The position numbers were made by a program, and so were the translations under genes. Positions 20,089-27,654 of a stretch of 32,000 nucleotides of DNA are shown piece by piece. The notes under the pieces were generated by a model. It was not told where the DNA came from and made no database searches. It saw only the letters and a program-made list of their open reading frames with translations. How positions within the stretch are numbered: position 1 is the stretch's first letter; each line of letters begins with the position of its first letter. Source of the stretch: Methanobrevibacter millerae (GTDB lineage: Archaea > Methanobacteriota > Methanobacteria > Methanobacteriales > Methanobacteriaceae); contig SUTF01000004.1 of the NCBI GenBank assembly GCA_015063005.1, positions 23,497-55,496 of the forward strand. Reading direction: 5' to 3'.

Positions 20089-22614
20089 TTACTCAGAAGT
20101 GACGGTTACTTTATTCGCAATATTACATCCATTATAAGATGAAGTAATAATATACACGCCAGCTTGCAAATTAATATTTAAATGAGCTATACCAGCACTG
20201 TCTGTGGTTCTATTATAAAATACTCCATTAATATTAAATGTTATGGACTGTTCAGCAAAAGGATTGCCCTGACCATCCAACAATTGAACATTGAATTGAT
20301 CACTGCTTCCAAATACTTTTTCAATATCATCAGCAAATAAAATCGGTTTAACAGTAATGTTATTGGATGCCATACATCCATCACAGTCAGCTGTGATTAT
20401 GTAATCACCAGGTTCAAGATTTACATTAAGTTTTGCATGACCTGTTTCGTTTGTTACACGTTTATAGAACACACCATTAATATTAAATTCCACTGTTTTG
20501 CCTGCTCCCGCAACACTGCCATCATCATTCAATATTTTTACAACATATTGGGAATCATTTCTGTAGAATTTAATCAAATCATGATTTTCTATTATTTTGG
20601 ATACGACAACAATCTGATTAGCAGAATTTTCCCCATTTTCCAAATTGGTTGAGGTAATAATGTAGGTTCCTGCCATCAAATTAATATTTAATCTAGCAAC
20701 ACCATCTTCAGTCGTATTCCTATAATAGAATACACCATTGATGTTAAACATGACAGTCTTTTTAGCTAGAGAATTGCCGTTGCCATCAGTGAAGTTTGCA
20801 TAAAACTGAGTACCATTTTTATAAACTTTAACAATGTCTCGTGCAGCAATGGTGGATAAAACTGTAATTTTAGACATTACAGATAAGTTTTCACATTTCA
20901 CGCTAACGTCATATGCACCAGGTTCCAAGTTAATGGCTATTGATGCGGCACCATTTCCATCAGTGACCCTTTTATTGTCAACACCGTTTACAGTAATGAC
21001 TACTTCTTTATCACGTATTGGATTGAATTCACTGTCAAATAAATATGCATAGAAACGAGTACCATTTTTATAATATAATTCCACTTCAGGAGCGGTTAAA
21101 GTAACATTAACATTCACATCAGTTTTATTATCGTCGGAAGTTTGGTTATCATCACCAGTATGATTTTCACTGGAAGTGCCGTTGCCTACTTTAAATGAAA
21201 CAGATTCCTGATTGAAAATATACTTATTGGTGGATACTTTATCATTTGCATCAAGAATTACTTCATATTCACCAGCAGCCAATCCGGACAATGTAATGAC
21301 AGAATTTTCCTTGTTGACAACACCCACTTCATTTCCGGACATTTTAACCGGAATATTGTATTGCATGAAATTTGTACCGACATCAACATAGATGTTTACG
21401 TTTTCATCGCTTCCAGATTGTAATGCAGTTAAAGTATCATTTACTTCAAAGGTACAGTCCTTAATGGTCGGAATGGATCCTTCAATGAATATATGTCTTC
21501 CCTGACTTGCAGTATTATTTATAAAAGTACAATTGTCCACCAAAGCATCTCCACGGGATTCAATATATAATGCTCCTCCATCAGCTTTTGCACTGCAGTT
21601 TGTGAACAATGAATTTTTAATAGTTAGGCTTCCACCTTTTTCAACATAAACTGCCCCACCGTTTCCAGTTCCAATTTTTTTACCATCAGTATTCCAGATT
21701 ACACCACCAACTGAGGTACATTTATCAAAAATACAATTATCAATCAATACATAACTTTCCTTATCCACATCAACACATGCTGCATAGTCAACAGCCCTTG
21801 AATTGGTAAAATTTGAATTATAAATATTTACAGTACCCTTTTTGGTATGGATGATACCTGATTTTGCAGAACAGTTAATGAATTGGCAGTCATAAATATT
21901 TGCTGTTGCTTCCTTGATATTGAAACAGTTTCCTTCTTTTGATGAACCTTTTATGAAAGTACTGTTATAAACATTTAAAATAGAGCGTTCTTCCCCATAA
22001 AAAGATCCTCCTTTTTTAGCAGTGTTTGAGAAAAATGTAGAATCATAAACATTGCAAGTACCTGAATTGTGAATTGCTCCACCTTCTGTTCCCCATCCAG
22101 TATTTTCAGCAAAATAGCAATGATTAACAATCAGATTACCGTTGTTTACAATACCTCCACTGCCTGAGTCTCCAGTTTCAGCATCAAAAAATGTTAAGTT
22201 AATCAATTGGACTGTGCTTCCAGCAGTCGTACGGAAAAAACCGTTTTGATTCAATGCATCGATGATTGATTCGCTATCACCATATCCCTTTAAGGTAATG
22301 GATTTGGAAATGCTCTGCATTGAATTCCAGGCATAGTTTCCTCCCAAAAATACTATAGTATCGCCATTATTTGCACTAGAATAAGCATTATACCAATTTG
22401 TTGGACTATCTGCACTTATTCCAGAGCCAGTTCCCTCCGGACTGATAAATATTTCGCCAGATGCGCTAATTACATAACCCGTATTGTCATCGCCTACTAC
22501 ATCATTAGTCTGATTGAAATCATCACTTGCAAATACGCAAGAAGATGAAATTACAATACTTAAGACAACTAATGCAAATAATAGGGATTTAACCTTATTA
22601 TTTAAAAAAATCAT
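20089..22614 (-). CDS. Secreted adhesin-like protein: signal peptide, right-handed beta-helix repeats, four Ig-like repeats
   Basis: 841 aa. The N-terminal signal-like segment is KSLLFALVVLSIVISSSCVFA. Residues ~85-395 (nt 21430-22362) carry repeated GGA(I/V/L)Y / N-x-x-F-x-N-C-(S/T)A units, as in PbH1 and polymorphic-membrane-protein repeats. The C-terminal region holds four ~84-aa repeats. No C-terminal TM anchor is present. This is typical of Methanobrevibacter adhesin-like proteins. Confidence 0.8.
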   Translation of the reverse strand: MIFLNNKVKSLLFALVVLSIVISSSCVFASDDFNQTNDVVGDDNTGYVISASGEIFISPEGTGSGISADSPTNWYNAYSSANNGDTIVFLGGNYAWNSMQSISKSITLKGYGDSESIIDALNQNGFFRTTAGSTVQLINLTFFDAETGDSGSGGIVNNGNLIVNHCYFAENTGWGTEGGAIHNSGTCNVYDSTFFSNTAKKGGSFYGEERSILNVYNSTFIKGSSKEGNCFNIKEATANIYDCQFINCSAKSGIIHTKKGTVNIYNSNFTNSRAVDYAACVDVDKESYVLIDNCIFDKCTSVGGVIWNTDGKKIGTGNGGAVYVEKGGSLTIKNSLFTNCSAKADGGALYIESRGDALVDNCTFINNTASQGRHIFIEGSIPTIKDCTFEVNDTLTALQSGSDENVNIYVDVGTNFMQYNIPVKMSGNEVGVVNKENSVITLSGLAAGEYEVILDANDKVSTNKYIFNQESVSFKVGNGTSSENHTGDDNQTSDDNKTDVNVNVTLTAPEVELYYKNGTRFYAYLFDSEFNPIRDKEVVITVNGVDNKRVTDGNGAASIAINLEPGAYDVSVKCENLSVMSKITVLSTIAARDIVKVYKNGTQFYANFTDGNGNSLAKKTVMFNINGVFYYRNTTEDGVARLNINLMAGTYIITSTNLENGENSANQIVVVSKIIENHDLIKFYRNDSQYVVKILNDDGSVAGAGKTVEFNINGVFYKRVTNETGHAKLNVNLEPGDYIITADCDGCMASNNITVKPILFADDIEKVFGSSDQFNVQLLDGQGNPFAEQSITFNINGVFYNRTTDSAGIAHLNINLQAGVYIITSSYNGCNIANKVTVTSE
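20092..21102 (-). repeat. Four tandem ~252-nt coding repeats (Ig-like/Big-type domains) inside the adhesin-like gene
   Basis: The protein repeats follow the pattern (K/Y)-x-G-(T/S)-x-F-...-(I/F)-x-(V/I)NGV(F/D)Y.R.T...G.A.L.INL..G.Y.I(T/S). They span approximately aa 505-587, 588-672, 673-757 and 758-841. The periodicity is visible in the DNA, where ccattaatattaaat-like strings recur near 20225, 20474 and 20737. Confidence 0.85.
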
Positions 22615-22628
22615 TTTATCTAATCTCC

Positions 22629-22683
22629 CCTAATTAAAAATTAGGAATGTGAATAAAAATTTATGCATACCTAAATTCACATT
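22629..22683. promoter_or_regulatory. Two adjacent inverted repeats in the adhesin/cobQ divergent intergenic region
   Basis: IR1 is CCTAATT-aaa-AATTAGG at 22629-22645. IR2 is AATGTGAAT at 22646-22654, paired with ATTCACATT at 22675-22683 across a 20-nt spacer. They lie 15-70 nt upstream of the adhesin ATG (22614), in the leader or core-promoter zone. Confidence 0.35.
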
Positions 22684-22771
22684 GGTTATAATTTTTGAAA
22701 ATATAATTATATAAAGATTTACATAGAGATTATTATTAATAGAAAATTTAAAAAAAATAAAGTGATTTTTT

Positions 22772-24301
22772 ATGGCTAAGTGTATTATGGTTCAAGGGAC
22801 ATCATCAAATGCAGGAAAGAGCATGCTTGTAGCAGCTTTATGTAGAATATATAAAAACAGAGGATACAATGTAGCTCCATTCAAATCCCAGAATATGTCT
22901 TTAAACTCATATACGACATTCGAGAATGGTGAAATTGGAATAGCTCAGATGTTACAGGCAGAAGCTGCAATGATTGAACCAAGCATACATATGAACCCAG
23001 TTTTGCTTAAACCAAAGGGAGATTTCACATCCAATGTTATTATTCAAGGAAAATCAATCGGAGACATGAATTTCTATGATTATCAGCATAAATATCATGA
23101 TACTGCTTTTGATGCCATAAAAGAAAGCTTTAAAATATTATCCGAGCAATATGACATAATCATTATTGAGGGTGCCGGTTCCCCTGCAGAGATTAACATG
23201 AGAGATCAGGACATTGCAAATATGGAAATTGCCCATTTAGCGGATGCAAATGTAATATTGATTGCAGATATTGAAATGGGTGGTGTGTTTGCAGCCATTG
23301 CTGGAACATATGTTTTATTGGATGATTATGACAGATCCCGCCTGAAAGCAACCGTCATCAATAAGTTTAGAGGAAACTTAGATATTTTAAAGCCAGGACT
23401 TGACCGGATTGAAGAGATAACCGGTGAGCCTGTTTTAGGAGTACTCCCATATGATGAAACATTAAGGCTTCCCGAAGAGGATTCCGCATCCCTGACAACA
23501 CATAACTTCGAAGATGATAAGGACATCATGATTGGTGTTATCAGACTTCCAAAAATAGCTAATTTCACAGATATTGATCCTTTTGAAGCTGAAAGCGATG
23601 TTGGAATAAGAATGATTGGAATTAACGATGACATTGGTGATGTTGATGCAATCATCATTCCTGGAACACGTAACTCTACACAGGATGCATATGAATTACA
23701 TCAAAGCGGACTTGCAGAAAAAATCATTGCAAAAGCATCAGAAATTCCTATAATTGGAATCTGTGGAGGATTTCAGATTTTAGGTAAAGAAATAATCGAT
23801 GAGGATAAAAAAGAGTCCAAACATGGAAGCATTAAAGGATTAGGATTGCTTCCAATAACCTCAGAGTTTAAACGTGAAGACAAAATCGTTACACAATCCG
23901 AAGCCATTATTCCAGACAATCTTGAAGGCATAGCATCTGAAATGTTTAAAAATATAATTGGCGAGACCATAACCGGTTATGAAATTCATGAAGGAACAAG
24001 CAATCTTTATGATACCAAAGCCCTTTTAAAGATTAAAAAGGGACAGGGAAATGATGAACAGGGAGATGTTGACGGAGCATGCCATGAAAACATTTTTGCA
24101 ACATATTTCCATGGAATATTTAATAACTATAACTTCAGACGGGAATTTTTAAACTACATTAGAGCTAAAAAAGGCCTGGAAATCCAAACCGGAGAAGATC
24201 CATACGAAGCTCAAAAGAATTATTCATTGAATAAGTTAGCTGAAATCGTTGAGGATAATTTGGATATGGACATCATCGATAAGTTAATTTTTTCAGACTA
24301 A
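22772..24301 (+). CDS. cobQ: Cobyric acid synthase
   Basis: 509 aa. The N-terminal CobQ/CobB-type nucleotide-binding domain has MVQGTSSNAGKS and IIIEGAGSPAEINM. The C-terminal type-1 glutamine amidotransferase domain has IIGICGGFQILG and ATYFHGIF. GTGAT RBS lies 6 nt before the ATG. Confidence 0.9.
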   Translation: MAKCIMVQGTSSNAGKSMLVAALCRIYKNRGYNVAPFKSQNMSLNSYTTFENGEIGIAQMLQAEAAMIEPSIHMNPVLLKPKGDFTSNVIIQGKSIGDMNFYDYQHKYHDTAFDAIKESFKILSEQYDIIIIEGAGSPAEINMRDQDIANMEIAHLADANVILIADIEMGGVFAAIAGTYVLLDDYDRSRLKATVINKFRGNLDILKPGLDRIEEITGEPVLGVLPYDETLRLPEEDSASLTTHNFEDDKDIMIGVIRLPKIANFTDIDPFEAESDVGIRMIGINDDIGDVDAIIIPGTRNSTQDAYELHQSGLAEKIIAKASEIPIIGICGGFQILGKEIIDEDKKESKHGSIKGLGLLPITSEFKREDKIVTQSEAIIPDNLEGIASEMFKNIIGETITGYEIHEGTSNLYDTKALLKIKKGQGNDEQGDVDGACHENIFATYFHGIFNNYNFRREFLNYIRAKKGLEIQTGEDPYEAQKNYSLNKLAEIVEDNLDMDIIDKLIFSD

Positions 24302-24356
24302 TATTATATAATATGAAAAACATAAATACTAATACTAATTAAAGGAGATTTAAAAT

Positions 24357-24599
24357 ATGATTGTTAATGTAAAAGCAACTAATAAAAACAATGGCGAAGT
24401 AATTTCATACAAATTAGAAGGCGACTCCACTGCTGGATTCTTATGTGACGGTACCCACATGCAAGAAGTAGCAGATAACAAAATCAGAGAAGTTAACAAC
24501 AACTTAATCTTACAAGGTTCACCTTTATACACCATCAAATCTGGTGAAAGTGCTGAAATCGAAGCAATGACCTTTGACATTGAAATTAACGCTGAATAA
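24357..24599 (+). CDS. Hypothetical small soluble protein (80 aa)
   Basis: A strong AAAGGAGAT RBS lies 7 nt upstream of the ATG, and a hairpin plus T-tract follows the gene. No domain was recognised. The overlapping antisense ORF 24350-24580 is judged spurious. Confidence 0.6.
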   Translation: MIVNVKATNKNNGEVISYKLEGDSTAGFLCDGTHMQEVADNKIREVNNNLILQGSPLYTIKSGESAEIEAMTFDIEINAE

Positions 24600-24626
24600 A
24601 TTTATTCAGCTTCTTTACTATTTTTT
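24591..24626 (+). terminator. Palindromic hairpin plus T-tract after the 80-aa gene
   Basis: GCTGAATAAA/TTTATTCAGC is a perfect 20-nt palindrome at 24591-24610 that contains the TAA stop. It is followed by ttctttactatttttt. Confidence 0.5.
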
Positions 24627-24665
24627 ACCAAAAATCATCATTAAAAAAAAAAGAAATTTGGAGGA

Positions 24666-25505
24666 TTATCCCCCTCCAGGAATGGTATACTTATCGTTAA
24701 CCCCATAGAATATTCCATCCCCTTTTCGTTTTTCGCTTACATTCAATAATGCATTATTGAATATAATATTTAATAGTTTATATCCATCCTTATCAATTAA
24801 ATCTGTTAATGGAGAGTTATTTTCCCTTATGCCTAATGCATCTTTTTCAATGTCAAAGCATGATGCATACAATATTTGAGATGAATTTTCCAAAGCAGAT
24901 TCAGGAGGATATTTCTCAGTCAAATCTTTTGACTTTAAATAATCTTGGAAGTTTTTCCACTCTTTTTTAATTTCCTTTCCTTTGCTTGTTAATTTACCAT
25001 TTTCAAGGATATCTTTATAATTATTGCCATCATATCCATTTTCATTTTCAATAGCTTTAGCAAAGTCCATTAAATCATTTTCGAACTTATTGGCAACTGA
25101 AGAATTGTTACCCTGCTTTGCCATTGATTTTAAATTGAATTTTTTATTTTTGTTCATGTTTTTAAGCAAGTTAATAGCTAATGATTCTGAAGTTTTTAAC
25201 TCACCTTTATTTGCGATTCTAAGCGTTATTTTTTTCATTACTTCCATATCTTGTGGAGTTAATTTTTTTCCAACTTCATGAGAGTCATCCAAATCTATGT
25301 CACATTTGATTTGGTCTTTATTGATTAAATCAAGTATTGTAAGAGATAATGCATTCACACCTATCCCATTATTTTTTGAAAATAATATTGAAACCATAGG
25401 ATATGAATCATCACTTGGAGGATTTTTAATGTTTTCATCATATTTGTTATTGTTTAATCCTAACATATTTACCACATCACAAATATTTTTTTTATTAATC
25501 ACCAT
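24666..25505 (-). CDS. Hypothetical soluble protein; N-terminal segment reminiscent of the DUF2207 cytoplasmic region
   Basis: 279 aa with no hydrophobic helices. NPPSDDSYPMVSILFSKNNGIGVNALSLTILDLINKDQIKCDI resembles the PP..(P)a.vg.L......atlldLa.rG.i segment of DUF2207 proteins; this is from memory and weak. The protein ends in PGGG. Its ATG overlaps the upstream zinc-ribbon gene by 11 nt. Confidence 0.5.
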   Translation of the reverse strand: MVINKKNICDVVNMLGLNNNKYDENIKNPPSDDSYPMVSILFSKNNGIGVNALSLTILDLINKDQIKCDIDLDDSHEVGKKLTPQDMEVMKKITLRIANKGELKTSESLAINLLKNMNKNKKFNLKSMAKQGNNSSVANKFENDLMDFAKAIENENGYDGNNYKDILENGKLTSKGKEIKKEWKNFQDYLKSKDLTEKYPPESALENSSQILYASCFDIEKDALGIRENNSPLTDLIDKDGYKLLNIIFNNALLNVSEKRKGDGIFYGVNDKYTIPGGG

Positions 25506-25677
25506 TTTTTAAAGATTCAAGGTATGCTTCGCGAATTTCCTCAGCGAAATCATCGTTTCCTTCGACAATTGGTCCTGTGTAGTCACAGTCCTTGCAGACA
25601 CATTGTGACCAGTTTTGAGGAATAATCCAATCAATATTTTTAGATCCGCATCTTGGACAAATTTTATGCATTTTCAT
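25495..25677 (-). CDS. Small zinc-ribbon protein (60 aa)
   Basis: CPRCGSKN ... CKDCDY forms a four-Cys ribbon, followed by an acidic C-terminal helix. GGAGAT RBS lies 7 nt upstream of the ATG. Confidence 0.6.
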   Translation of the reverse strand: MKMHKICPRCGSKNIDWIIPQNWSQCVCKDCDYTGPIVEGNDDFAEEIREAYLESLKNGD

Positions 25678-25760
25678 TTTTAAATCTCCATTAATCTTTT
25701 TTGTGTTTTAACCATACACTAATTACCTAGTCTATAAAAAATTGTATATAAATGTTTTTG

Positions 25761-25782
25761 AATGTAAGTGCACACTTACATT
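25761..25782. promoter_or_regulatory. Near-perfect 22-nt palindrome next to a TATA-like box
   Basis: AATGTAAGTG-ca-CACTTACATT has 10-bp arms and a 2-nt centre. On the minus strand it lies 9 nt upstream of TTTATATA (25745-25752), which itself is 68 nt upstream of the zinc-ribbon gene ATG. Confidence 0.4.
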
Positions 25783-25800
25783 ATTAAAATGAGAATAAAT

Positions 25801-25906
25801 AAAAAATTAAAAGTTATAATAAAAAATAACTAAAATTAATGAGTTTAAATAAGAATCAGATAATCCTTGAATTTATTAATGCAATACAATCACCATTCAA
25901 GGATTA
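25801..25906 (-). terminator. Stem-loop plus oligo-T runs downstream of the NRPS-MATE transcription unit
   Basis: The 12-nt arms TAATCCTTGAAT (25861-25872) and ATTCAAGGATTA (25895-25906) are separated by 22 nt and begin 10 nt after the MATE stop. On the minus strand several T5-T6 runs follow (plus-strand A-runs at 25801-25845). Confidence 0.5.
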
Positions 25907-25915
25907 ATTTCTACT

Positions 25916-27643
25916 TTAATTTTTAATGGTTATTACAGTACTGTTTAAACCTAATACCCTGGAGTAGCCAATTTCATCAGCAATTTTATTTAAAACACCA
26001 ATATTATCAAATTCAAGGTTTGGATTTTCAACTACAGGATTGAAGTCAATGCCAGTATCCTTAATAGAAATCAAAATATTATCTTCATTATTTCTAATGA
26101 TGACATCAATAGTATCGACATGTTCATTAATGTTAATGATATTTACTAACATTTCTTCAATAGCCAAGCTAACTAAAGTTACTGATTTATTGCCTTTCAG
26201 ATAATTTTGAACATTCTGAGCTAAATTAACCGCTTGTTTAACATCACCATTAATAGTATGTTCAAATACTTTTGAATCGTCATTATGCTTGTTAATGAAA
26301 AATCCAGAATATTCTCCATCAGTCTTTTTATTATAATATTTTGAATATGCAAATATGAATAATATGGTTAATAATTCAGCTATTGCAAATGAAATCCAAA
26401 TTCCATTTCCACCAATTGCAGAAGACAATATAACTGCTGCTGAAATTGGCAATACAAATCCTTCAAGCAATGAGATAATTGTTGATAATTGATTTTTTTG
26501 AATAGCTTGAGAATAAAAAGTATATAAAAATGTAATAGCAATACCAACATAGCTTATTGCAAATATTCTCAATGCATTTAATACAACAGGAACATCTGCA
26601 GGATTTTTAACACTATACAGGAACAATAAAGATTGAGGATAAACAATAAATAATACAGATAGTGCTAAACTTGAAGCAATGACAATTTTTAAAGATCTTT
26701 TAATTATATAATTGACTCCAGAATAGTCCTCTTCCTTAAAGTAAACGGATACGATTGGAGACATTGTTTGTGCAGTTCCAATCAAGAAAATATATAAAAT
26801 AAATAAACTGTTATAACAAATACTGAATGCGACAACACCTGATTTTCCTATATAAAGGCCTATTAAAAAGTTTATGATAAGTAACTTCAAAGTTAAGTAC
26901 AACTGGGTTGATGCTGATGAAAATCCTGATGTTACTATTTTTTTAAGGAAACTGAAGAACGAATTAATTTTCAATTTAATAAATTCTAATGTGCGCTCTT
27001 TTTTAAAGAAGTAATAAGAAATTAAGATAGATCCCACCAAATAACCTGTTGAAGTAGCATATGCTGCACCTGAAAGACCCATGCCAAATAAACTGATATA
27101 AATTACATCACAACAAATATTTACAAGATTTGCAATCAATATAGCCCTAAATGGCAATGTTGGAATACCATCTGCCCTTATGAAATAAGATAAACTCATC
27201 ATATAACATAAAAAAGGCATTCCGATAATTAAAGCAACAAAAAATTGATTAACATCATTGACTAAAGCAGGCTGTGAAGAACATAACAATTGAGCAATAT
27301 TGCCCGAAAACAGCAAACCAAAAATAGTAATCAATATTCCGATGGATATCAGTGAAATAATCGATACTGAAAAGTAACTATTACTTTTTTCTTCATCAAA
27401 TTCGGCTTTTGCAACAGAACAAAGTACACTACCACCTAATCCAATCATCCAGTAAATAAGATTGACAAATGTGATTACAGGAGCAACAATTTGAATCGGT
27501 GCAAGATTACCTGCACCAATCAAAAAACTTACAATCAGTCCATCTACAAAAATACAAATATTTCCTGCCATTGATGTAAATAATGTTGGCAGGAAAAATT
27601 CCCTAAATTTATTTTTTAACAGTTCATAGTTTCTTTCATACAT
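25916..27643 (-). CDS. MATE family efflux transporter with C-terminal GHKL/RsbW-like ATPase domain
   Basis: 575 aa. Residues 1-~435 are polytopic (about 12 hydrophobic helices) with the MATE-like N-terminus FFLPTLFTSMAGNICIFVDGLIVSFLIG. Residues ~458-575 (nt 25919-26272) are soluble. They carry LAIEEMLVNII (N-box-like E..N), IKDTGIDFNP (D-x-G-x-G-like) and GLNSTVITI, resembling anti-sigma-factor kinases of the SpoIIAB/RsbW type. Confidence 0.85.
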   Translation of the reverse strand: MYERNYELLKNKFREFFLPTLFTSMAGNICIFVDGLIVSFLIGAGNLAPIQIVAPVITFVNLIYWMIGLGGSVLCSVAKAEFDEEKSNSYFSVSIISLISIGILITIFGLLFSGNIAQLLCSSQPALVNDVNQFFVALIIGMPFLCYMMSLSYFIRADGIPTLPFRAILIANLVNICCDVIYISLFGMGLSGAAYATSTGYLVGSILISYYFFKKERTLEFIKLKINSFFSFLKKIVTSGFSSASTQLYLTLKLLIINFLIGLYIGKSGVVAFSICYNSLFILYIFLIGTAQTMSPIVSVYFKEEDYSGVNYIIKRSLKIVIASSLALSVLFIVYPQSLLFLYSVKNPADVPVVLNALRIFAISYVGIAITFLYTFYSQAIQKNQLSTIISLLEGFVLPISAAVILSSAIGGNGIWISFAIAELLTILFIFAYSKYYNKKTDGEYSGFFINKHNDDSKVFEHTINGDVKQAVNLAQNVQNYLKGNKSVTLVSLAIEEMLVNIININEHVDTIDVIIRNNEDNILISIKDTGIDFNPVVENPNLEFDNIGVLNKIADEIGYSRVLGLNSTVITIKN

Positions 27644-27649
27644 TGTTTA

Positions 27650-27654
27650 CCTCT
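27650..27654 (-). promoter_or_regulatory. RBS of the MATE gene overlapping the NRPS stop codon
   Basis: The minus strand reads TAGAGGTAAACAATG. GAGGT begins inside the NRPS TAG stop, and 5 nt separate it from the MATE ATG. This implies co-transcription and coupled translation. Confidence 0.6.

Noticed and set aside
22615-22771. Possible cobalamin riboswitch upstream of cobQ
   Set aside because: The region is extremely AT-rich and lacks anything like the conserved GC-rich B12-box core. Cobalamin riboswitches are not established in archaea.
23326-23970. 110-aa and 65-aa minus-strand ORFs inside cobQ
   Set aside because: These are shadow ORFs opposite a CDS with clear CobQ and GATase motifs.
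22772-24301. cobQ as the missing GatD partner of the MurT-like ligase
   Set aside because: It is 509 aa long with the full N-terminal CobQ nucleotide-binding domain, so it is a genuine cobyric acid synthase architecture. It lies 4.9 kb away on the opposite strand, with Lon and an adhesin-like gene in between.
24350-24580. 76-aa minus-strand ORF opposite the 80-aa gene
   Set aside because: The plus-strand ORF has a strong AAAGGAGAT RBS and a terminator hairpin. The minus ORF has neither and would run into the cobQ terminator region.
25024-25512. 85-aa and 71-aa plus-strand ORFs opposite the 279-aa gene
   Set aside because: They give hydrophobic Phe/Ile/Leu-rich reverse-frame translations with no start signals. 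The minus-strand gene is coupled to the upstream zinc-ribbon gene.
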